A DNA stretch of 6,195 nt from Candidatus Wukongarchaeum yapensis (lineage in GTDB: Archaea > Asgardarchaeota > Wukongarchaeia > Wukongarchaeales > Wukongarchaeaceae), in contig JAEOSI010000138.1 in NCBI GenBank assembly GCA_016840425.1, positions 1 through 6,195 of the forward strand. Reading direction: 5' to 3'. Below the pieces are notes generated by a model. The model did not search any database and was not told where the DNA came from. It was given only the letters and a program-made list of their open reading frames with translations. The position numbers were made by a program, and so were the translations under genes. Below are positions 1-5,816 of the stretch, piece after piece. The number at the start of each line of letters is the position of its first letter. The stretch's first letter is position 1.

Positions 1-1
1 T

Positions 2-1117
2 ACTACGAGCATTCCAGTATCTAAAGCTTTTAGGAGTAAAGAGTTGGCTAAAAAGGTAGTTGGAAAGATTAACGAGATTATGCCAGAAGATGACTTGATC
101 AAAGTTTGCCATGTTTGTGGAACTCATGAGTACGTTATTTCTAGGCATGGACTGCGCTCTCTTCTCCCGAAGAATTTAGAGGTTATTGCTGGTCCAGGCT
201 GTCCTGTATGTGTTACGCCGTCCCACGATATTGATGAAGCTATACTTCTTGCAAATAATGGGAAAGTTATTTGTACTTATGGGGATATGATGGTTGTGCC
301 TGCTACCCAGGAGTCCCTTTCTAAAGTTAAGGCAAAGGGCGCGGATGTGAAGGTCGTCTATAGTCCTACAGATGCCGTCAAATTTGCTAAGAAAAACCCG
401 GATAAAGAGGTAATATTTTTCAGCTTAGGGTTTGAGACTACTGCACCAGCAACAGTTGCAGAGATTTTAAACAAACCCCCCGAAAATTTCTCAGTCCTTA
501 CATCTCACCGTTTGATTCCGCCTGCTATGGAACTCCTCATGGGTATTGGCGACATTCATATTGACGGGTTTTTATGTCCAGGCCATGTTGCAACGATTAT
601 CGGTGTTAAGCCTTTCAAGGTTTTTGCTGACGCTTACGCGATGCCTGCCGTAGTTGCTGGTTTTGAGCCGGATGATGTGTTGTTATCCCTTTTTATGATG
701 GTTCGCCAGATTTATGAAGGGAAACCAAGGGCTGAAAATGAATACACACGTTGTGTGAGTTTTGAAGGAAATTTGAGGGCTCAAGAATTCTTGGAAGAAG
801 TTTTTGATGTGGTTGATGCACATTGGAGGGGTATAGGGAAAGTGCCTTATTCAGGATACGCCTTAAAAAAAGAGTATGAAGAGTATGATGCAAGAAAACG
901 GTTTGAATCATTACTTGAGAAGGTGGGGGAGTCGCGGGATATACATCCTGGCTGTAGTTGTCATAATGTTATGCTTGGAAAAATTAAGCCCACAGAATGC
1001 AAACTTTTCATGAAAGCATGTACACCCCAGTCTCCCTACGGTCCTTGCATGGTTTCAATGGAAGGAACATGCGCGATCTATGCAAGATATGGTAAACAAA
1101 TGAAGACAGAACTATGA
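2..1117 (+). CDS. hypD: Hydrogenase maturation protein HypD, 5'-partial (true start probably upstream of the window)
   Basis: Motifs HVCGTHE, GPGCPVCVTP, YGDMMxVP, VYSPxDA, GFETTAP, DGFLCPGHV, GFEP, NEYTR, WRGIG and the C-terminal Fe-S motif GCSC...ECKLF..ACTP..PYGPCMVSMEGTC. The frame is open from nt 2 (TTSIPVSKAFRSKEL-AKKVV) and FRSKELAKKV matches the conserved HypD N-terminal helix, so the TTG at 44 is probably internal. Confidence 0.97.
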   Translation, partial: TTSIPVSKAFRSKELAKKVVGKINEIMPEDDLIKVCHVCGTHEYVISRHGLRSLLPKNLEVIAGPGCPVCVTPSHDIDEAILLANNGKVICTYGDMMVVPATQESLSKVKAKGADVKVVYSPTDAVKFAKKNPDKEVIFFSLGFETTAPATVAEILNKPPENFSVLTSHRLIPPAMELLMGIGDIHIDGFLCPGHVATIIGVKPFKVFADAYAMPAVVAGFEPDDVLLSLFMMVRQIYEGKPRAENEYTRCVSFEGNLRAQEFLEEVFDVVDAHWRGIGKVPYSGYALKKEYEEYDARKRFESLLEKVGESRDIHPGCSCHNVMLGKIKPTECKLFMKACTPQSPYGPCMVSMEGTCAIYARYGKQMKTEL

Positions 1118-1154
1118 AAAAATAAGACAAAAAAGAGCGAAATTTGGTGAGAAT

Positions 1155-1631
1155 TTGGAGACATTTTTAGACACTATTCCCCAAGAAAAAGGAACTTACC
1201 TCCTTTTAGTCCAGGTGGAAGATAACCCTATTATCCATGCTACCAAGAAAAAGTGGATGTTTGAAAAAGGTATCTATGCATATATCGGCTCAGCAAGAAA
1301 TACCGGAGGTCTAAGGGCAAGAATTGGAAGACATTTAAAACAAGATAAAAAGATGTACTGGCACATTGATTATTTACTCGCAAACCCCAATGTAGAAATT
1401 ATAGGAACAATTTTTACAACTTCTAAAAAAAATCTAGAATGCAAAGTCGTAAAAACTTTAATTAAAGAAGGGACAGGAACACCTTACGCTAAAAGATTCG
1501 GCTCTTCTGAATGCAAAAAAGGTTGCCCCTCTCACATAATCAAGCTTAGTACTGATACTACTCCACTAAAAATAAAAGGAATACTTTCAACCAAGTTTCA
1601 CCAAAAAACATTCTTTATTGCAATTTTTTAA
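1155..1631 (+). CDS. DUF123/COG1833 GIY-YIG (Uri) superfamily endonuclease
   Basis: KGTYLL...GIYAYIGSA (GIY-YIG), GLRARIGRH, WHIDYLL, conserved Glu in LECKV, C-terminal FGSSECxxxCPSH. TTG start with GGTGA SD-like site at 1146-1150. Confidence 0.9.
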   Translation: METFLDTIPQEKGTYLLLVQVEDNPIIHATKKKWMFEKGIYAYIGSARNTGGLRARIGRHLKQDKKMYWHIDYLLANPNVEIIGTIFTTSKKNLECKVVKTLIKEGTGTPYAKRFGSSECKKGCPSHIIKLSTDTTPLKIKGILSTKFHQKTFFIAIF

Positions 1632-1643
1632 GGCAAGAAGGGC

Positions 1644-1665
1644 TTTTTTGTTTTTCCGACTTTTT
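1644..1665 (+). terminator. Oligo-T archaeal terminator after the hypD-DUF123 unit
   Basis: T6 (1644-1649), T5 (1651-1655) and T5 (1661-1665) tracts starting 13 nt after the stop codon. Confidence 0.55.
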
Positions 1666-1680
1666 ATGATTTATATATTT

Positions 1681-1757
1681 TTAAGATAAAAAATTACAAT
1701 TATGGATATTAATATGGATACTAATACTATTAATTAACAAATTATTAAGATAAAAAA
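1681..1757. repeat. Short direct and tandem repeats in an AT-rich intergenic region
   Basis: TTAAGATAAAAAA at 1681-1693 and 1745-1757 flank the tandem 12-mer TATGGATATTAA/TATGGATACTAA (1701-1724). Confidence 0.5.
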
Positions 1758-1791
1758 ATTTATAGTTATACATTTTATTAATATTATATAG
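1752..1791 (+). promoter_or_regulatory. Candidate BRE/TATA promoter(s) of the kaiC-like gene
   Basis: A7 then TTTATAG (1752-1765), and TTATATAG (1784-1791). The region is about 10% GC, so specificity is low. Confidence 0.35.
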
Positions 1792-1855
1792 AAACAAAGT
1801 AATAACTCTAGATTTTTGATTCCGAGGACTTTCTTATTTAGGGCAGGGTTACTAA

Positions 1856-2599
1856 ATGGATCGCGTTAAGACAACCATCCCGGGTTTTGAAGAAATGATT
1901 AAGGGGGGGTTACCTAGTAGTGAAACTTATGCTTTAATTGGTCCTCCTGGAATTGGAAAAACTATTTTTGGGTTACAATTTTTATATGGGGGAATTAAAT
2001 TGGGAGAAAATGGAGTTTGTGTTACTCTAGATGAAGCTACAGAATCATTGCTAGAAACAGGAAAATCTTTTAATTGGGATTTTGAAAGATTTATCGGCGA
2101 GGAAAAGCTGATTTTTCTAGATTCTTCGCCTTACAAAGGATTTCATGAAGATGAGTATTTTATTCATTCAGAGGATTCTGTTCTCGGAATGCCCGTTTTT
2201 AACACAAATAATTTGATCAAAAATATTGTTGAAGCTGTTAAAAAAGTGAAGGCACGTCGACTATTTCTTGATTGTGTAACTATGATAGAGCTTCAAAATA
2301 GAGAACCGTTTTCTCTAAGAACAGACCTTCTTGGTTTAAAGAGGGCTTTGAAATCGTTAAATGTAACCACTATTTTATCTTTTGAAGCAAAAAACGGGCA
2401 AGTTTTAGATTATATGGGGTTTGAAGCTTATATTTCAGACGGGGTTATAATTTTAGGTAGAAAAGACTTGGGGGACAGAAAAGTTCGATACATAGAAGTG
2501 CTTAAAATGCGTCATACATCTCATATCGAAGAAAAAAGACAGTTTAGGATTACTAATGAAGGAATTATTATTTATCCAGAAAAAGGACCTTTCTTGTAA
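1856..2599 (+). CDS. Single-domain KaiC-like / RAD55-family (COG0467-type) RecA-superfamily ATPase
   Basis: N-terminal RVKTTIPGFEEMIKGGLP, Walker A GPPGIGKT (nt 1940-1963), VTLDE (usually LEE), Walker B LFLDC (usually IDS), YISDGVIIL, IEVLKMR arginine-finger motif, FRITNEGI. Confidence 0.92.
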   Translation: MDRVKTTIPGFEEMIKGGLPSSETYALIGPPGIGKTIFGLQFLYGGIKLGENGVCVTLDEATESLLETGKSFNWDFERFIGEEKLIFLDSSPYKGFHEDEYFIHSEDSVLGMPVFNTNNLIKNIVEAVKKVKARRLFLDCVTMIELQNREPFSLRTDLLGLKRALKSLNVTTILSFEAKNGQVLDYMGFEAYISDGVIILGRKDLGDRKVRYIEVLKMRHTSHIEEKRQFRITNEGIIIYPEKGPFL

Positions 2600-2637
2600 A
2601 AAACAAAAAAACTCTCTAAAAATAGTTTTTTAGAGAG
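2598..2637 (-). terminator. 11-bp perfect hairpin followed on the minus strand by T7-G-T6
   Basis: CTCTCTAAAAA (2612-2622), loop TAGT, TTTTTAGAGAG (2627-2637). Adjacent + strand A-tracts at 2598-2603 and 2605-2611. Hairpin is certain; terminator function is inferred. Confidence 0.45.
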
Positions 2638-2658
2638 GTAATTTTCAAAGCTTCTCCA

Positions 2659-2680
2659 ACGTAATAACGTGTTTTTATAG
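2659..2680 (+). promoter_or_regulatory. Candidate TATA box of the longin gene, preceded by an ACGT-N4-ACGT dyad
   Basis: TTTATAG at 2674-2680; ACGTAATAACGT at 2659-2670; strong SD AGGAGG at 2754-2759. Confidence 0.4.
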
Positions 2681-2767
2681 GGGGCCGAAAGTTGGCGGTG
2701 TGGAGAATCTCGGGTTAAAACGCTTGAATAATTTAGATGATTTAGCGGTGATAAGGAGGAAAATGGG

Positions 2768-3946
2768 TTGATAACTAATGTTTATATAATAAGGCATGAT
2801 GGTTTACCTCTTGTTTCGTGGGGGCTTTTTGAAAGTCATCCTTTAGAGCTCATTTCGGGCTTTTTAAGTGCTATTTTATCATTTTCCACGGAATTGGGCT
2901 CGAAAAAACTTAATCTTCTTGATTTTGGGGACAAGAAATTTATTTTTAAAATTGAGAGCGATTTACTTTTTGTCTTGGTAGTGACAGAATATAGGGATTT
3001 TGCTGAGGGTATTGGGGTTTTAGAACTTATTGCTTCAAAATTTCAGGAAAATTACAATTTAAAAGAGGCGTTAAAATCGAACGTGGATATGTCATATTTT
3101 AAAAATTTTGAGGAGGATATTGTGACCATCGTCAAAGGCCCTATTGTGAGGGTTCAGGAAGAGCTTTTTGAGCTTTGTAGTAAGCAGGAGATAAAGGCAT
3201 GTGCAACCATCACGATGAAGGGCACCACGTTCTTACATGCTGAATCACCATATTTTTCAGGAGATTTAAAGCCGATTATTGATTTCGTAGTTTATTTTAT
3301 TAAGGGTCATAAAATTCTTGGTCGAGGACAACCCATCGAGTTATTCTTCTCCGATGACATTGGGCATATTTTTATTCTTCACATAGTTTCAGACATCTAT
3401 TTTTTTGTATTGGCTGAAAAAAAGTATTCATACACCTCGATCAGACGTATTATAAATCCGCTGTTAAATGAGTTAAGATCTGCCTTTAAAATGGTTTCAC
3501 CTGATTTCTTCTATGGACTAGAAACAAAAGATATTATTGAATCGTTTTTAGTATGGGCTAAAGATATTTATCCTTTTTCTAGTTTAAACTTGGACTTGTA
3601 TGATATCATTTTTGAGCCTTTAATACCGTATGATAATCGTTTTGTTCACTTTGATGCAATATTTCAACGTGGAAAAAGGTTCATTTTTTTGAGGGTTATT
3701 AAGGGAGCATTTCCCGCTTCAGACAAAAATGTTGAACAGGTTGTTTTTGATGTTAAATCGGTGTTAGGTGATAAAGAACTGATAATGGCAATATTATTGG
3801 GCCCAGAAGGAGTTTCAAAGAATGCGATTATAGCTGCTAAAAGACTACCAATAAGGATAAATGAGTTCTTTAAGTTTGTAACGCTTGTAACCATAGAAAA
3901 AGGAGAATTTAAAATAGTACCCTACGAAAAGCTCGTCCCTACTTAA
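2768..3946 (+). CDS. Multidomain protein: longin (aa ~1-122) + roadblock/LC7-like (aa ~127-241) + degenerate Mrr-type PD-(D/E)XK fold (aa ~252-392)
   Basis: Longin pattern: NVYIIRHDGLPL, LISGFLSAILSFS, beta-meander KFIFKIESDLLFVLVV, LELIASKFQENY, FKNFEEDI. Roadblock pattern: IKACATITMKGTTF...GQPIELFFSDDIGHIFI..VSDIYFFVLAE..SIRRIINPLLNEL. C-terminus HFDAIF..IFLRVIK..NVEQVV..AILLGPEGVSKNAIIAAKRLPIRI resembles Mrr_cat. TTG start 8 nt after AGGAGG; in-frame TGA at 2738 bounds the ORF. Confidence: ORF high, longin good, other two domains moderate. Confidence 0.72.
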   Translation: MITNVYIIRHDGLPLVSWGLFESHPLELISGFLSAILSFSTELGSKKLNLLDFGDKKFIFKIESDLLFVLVVTEYRDFAEGIGVLELIASKFQENYNLKEALKSNVDMSYFKNFEEDIVTIVKGPIVRVQEELFELCSKQEIKACATITMKGTTFLHAESPYFSGDLKPIIDFVVYFIKGHKILGRGQPIELFFSDDIGHIFILHIVSDIYFFVLAEKKYSYTSIRRIINPLLNELRSAFKMVSPDFFYGLETKDIIESFLVWAKDIYPFSSLNLDLYDIIFEPLIPYDNRFVHFDAIFQRGKRFIFLRVIKGAFPASDKNVEQVVFDVKSVLGDKELIMAILLGPEGVSKNAIIAAKRLPIRINEFFKFVTLVTIEKGEFKIVPYEKLVPT

Positions 3947-3988
3947 AATTAAATTTGATATAATTTTATGGGTTAATTTTGGATATGA

Positions 3989-4010
3989 TTTTTTAAACTT
4001 GTTTTTTCTT
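3989..4010 (+). terminator. Oligo-T terminator of the longin gene in the convergent gap
   Basis: T6 at 3989-3994 and T6 at 4002-4007, downstream of the stop at 3946. Confidence 0.4.
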
Positions 4011-4911
4011 ATTTTTCTATTGATGCGGAGAGGTAGCCGACTATTGCGTCTTTTGACCCTCTTACATCGTAAGATGTCGCGTATTTTAGTGTTCTTCCTT
4101 TTGTTGCGCCTAAGGCTTTTGCTGCTATTATGCCGGCTGCCACGGGAGCACAACCGCACATCGTGAGCCCTTCATTTATTACAAGATCAATGAGGCCTTT
4201 AGCGTCGAGAGATTCTATGGTTTTGATTATTTTTCCATCTGTTTCATGTACCCACCCGATTACCTTTTCAATGGGCGAAGTTCCTATAGGATAGTAGCCA
4301 TACATGGCACCATAATGTGTTAAGTCTGTAGAAGAGACTATGAACACTTCTTTCTCTGATTCTTTTATTGCTGAAGCAACGCCTTCACCAGCCTCTTTAG
4401 AGGTGTTATAATCCATTAACCCCATGGCTATTGGGACAATCTTAAAGGATTCAGCTCCAAAAATATATTGTAGAAATGGTAATTCAACCTCTAGAGAATG
4501 CTCAGGGCGATGAGGTCTGTCTTCCTCGCTTATCACAACACTCTTTTTCTCTATAGTTCTTGCAAGCTCCGTATCGATCTCGGTTAAACCTAAAGGGCTT
4601 TCCCAAAACCCGCTACTCATAAGGGCTACACCCGGCCACCCGTAATGGCTGGGTCCGATAATGACTACAGTGTCTGGTCTTCCTTCTGAAGCTAAAGCAT
4701 AAAAACCGTGGGCAGCAATCTGGCCACTATAATAATATCCTGCGTGAGGACTAACTATGCTCAAAATACCTCTTTCAGCAATTTTTTCACCGATGGAGGG
4801 AAGTTTTCCAGGTCCAAAATCTCCCAAAAAACAGGCCTCCAACTGTTTAAGCAAACTATTCTTATCAACAGTTTCATAAAAGCCATACGCGGCAGGCTTA
4901 CGCACTTTCAA
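4009..4911 (-). CDS. amrB: MEMO1-family protein (AmmeMemoRadiSam protein B, COG1355)
   Basis: RKPA..GFY, SPHAGYYYSG, IIGPSH, WESPLG, EHSLEVELPFLQ, IVPIAM, SSTDLTHYG, TMCG, YATSYDV, VGY. TTG start 7 nt after AGGGGGA (4919-4925, minus strand). Confidence 0.95.
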   Translation of the reverse strand: MKVRKPAAYGFYETVDKNSLLKQLEACFLGDFGPGKLPSIGEKIAERGILSIVSPHAGYYYSGQIAAHGFYALASEGRPDTVVIIGPSHYGWPGVALMSSGFWESPLGLTEIDTELARTIEKKSVVISEEDRPHRPEHSLEVELPFLQYIFGAESFKIVPIAMGLMDYNTSKEAGEGVASAIKESEKEVFIVSSTDLTHYGAMYGYYPIGTSPIEKVIGWVHETDGKIIKTIESLDAKGLIDLVINEGLTMCGCAPVAAGIIAAKALGATKGRTLKYATSYDVRGSKDAIVGYLSASIEK

Positions 4912-4980
4912 ACAAAAATCCCCCTAAAAAAGCTCAATAAATTGATAACAAAAGCCTTCCTTTTAAATTTCTCGCAACAA

Positions 4981-4992
4981 AAATATATATTT
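4981..4992. promoter_or_regulatory. Palindromic TATA-like element in the divergent amrB/tmk promoter region
   Basis: AAATATATATTT is a perfect 12-bp palindrome between the divergent starts at 4911 and 5033; could act as TATA on both strands. Confidence 0.4.
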
Positions 4993-5032
4993 ATTACCAT
5001 AATGGTTAAAGTTTTTTGGAGAGTTTTTTTTG

Positions 5033-5689
5033 ATGGCAAGGAAGAATAGAGGTTTTTTCATAGTTTTTGAGGGTATTGATGGTTCAGGGACCAGCACACA
5101 TACACGGAAGGTCTCTACATGGCTTAGGAATTCAGGGGCTGAAGAAGTGGTACAAACAAGTGAACCCACAAAAGGCAAGATAGGGCGACTGATAAAGGAA
5201 CGGTTAAAAGAAGGAGGAGAGGAGAGAGGTAACAATATTGAGGAGGCAGTTATTGATGCTCTTCTTTTCGCAGCGGATCGGGTAGAACATGTAAAAAAAG
5301 AGATTTTACCCGCTCTTAACGAGGGAAAGATAGTGGTTTGTAGCCGTTATGTTGAAAGCTCGATCGTTTACCAAACCACGCAGGGATTAGATACAAATTT
5401 TATGGAGAAGATAAACAAGTATACGGTAAACCCTGACCTCGTAATAATCCTCGATATACCTCCAGAAATAGCCTTAAAAAGGGCAAAAAGGAAGAGATGG
5501 GAAAAATTTGAAAACAAACTTTTCTTAACAAAGGTAAGAGAACTCTACAAAAAAAGGGCAAAAGAAAAAGGATACACCCTCATAAACTCTAACCGTAACA
5601 TAAAAGAGGTAGAGAAGGATATCCAAAAAATCGTTTTAAAACACCTAAAAGAAACATTAAAAATCCAGATCGAAACCGAAAAACAATAA
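5033..5689 (+). CDS. tmk: Thymidylate (dTMP) kinase family protein with atypical catalytic motifs
   Basis: FIVFEGIDGSG(T)ST, SEPTKGKIG, LLFAADRVEH, ILPALNEGKIVVC(S)RY..SSIVYQ, PDLVIILDIPPE, KFE..LFL.KVRELY. ATG at 5033; the TTG at 5030 is an alternative; GGAG at 5018-5021. Confidence 0.9.
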   Translation: MARKNRGFFIVFEGIDGSGTSTHTRKVSTWLRNSGAEEVVQTSEPTKGKIGRLIKERLKEGGEERGNNIEEAVIDALLFAADRVEHVKKEILPALNEGKIVVCSRYVESSIVYQTTQGLDTNFMEKINKYTVNPDLVIILDIPPEIALKRAKRKRWEKFENKLFLTKVRELYKKRAKEKGYTLINSNRNIKEVEKDIQKIVLKHLKETLKIQIETEKQ

Positions 5690-5714
5690 TAATGAGAAAA
5701 CCTATTATCACCTT

Positions 5715-5778
5715 GGTGGCGATGAGGAAAGAGCAAAGAACCTGAAAAAAGATGAGGGATCGATGGGCAGTCCGAGCC
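5715..5778 (+). ncRNA. Candidate archaeal box C/D guide sRNA
   Basis: C box GCGATGA 5719-5725; 16-nt guide; D' CTGA 5742-5745; 3-nt loop; C' AAGATGA 5749-5755; 16-nt guide; D CCGA 5772-5775; closing stem GGT (5715-5717)/GCC (5776-5778) leaving a 3-nt K-turn bulge. 5711-5810 is 53% GC in a low-GC window. Confidence 0.7.
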
Positions 5779-5816
5779 TCCGCCACAACGCAAAGAAGTT
5801 TACGGAGGGAAAGAAA

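Noticed and set aside
44-46. TTG at 44 as the hypD start, with AGGAG at 32-36
   Set aside because: The frame is open to the window edge and encodes the conserved FRSKEL N-terminal motif, so the real start is more likely upstream.
693-911. 72-aa minus-strand ORF
   Set aside because: Antisense shadow of conserved hypD with no recognisable motif.
1114-1125. ATG AAA AAA TAA mini-ORF overlapping the hypD stop; a -1 slip on the A6 run would join the DUF123 frame
   Set aside because: No canonical slippery heptamer or downstream structure; the TTG at 1155 with a GGTGA SD explains the gene more simply.
1155-1631. GIY-YIG gene as a homing endonuclease or mobile element
   Set aside because: It matches the cellular DUF123 family; no intron/intein context, terminal repeats or target-site duplications are visible.
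1856-2599. Circadian KaiC clock or RadA recombinase
   Set aside because: It is single-domain, with no CII S-T phosphosite pair and no kaiB/kaiA nearby, and it lacks the RadA N-terminal domain.
2681-2760. GC-richer stretch as a tRNA fragment or second C/D sRNA (GGGGCCG, TAGATGA)
   Set aside because: No cloverleaf can be built, and no properly spaced C/D'/C'/D set exists on either strand; best read as a 5' UTR.
3664-4159. Minus-strand ORFs 3664-3894 and 3845-4159 (the latter Arg/Lys-rich)
   Set aside because: Antisense or alternative-frame overlaps of the longin gene and amrB; the basic composition comes from the A-rich strand; no motifs.
4708-5235. ORFs 4708-5049 (+) and 4963-5235 (-)
   Set aside because: They overlap amrB or tmk antisense and cross the divergent promoter; no family signatures.
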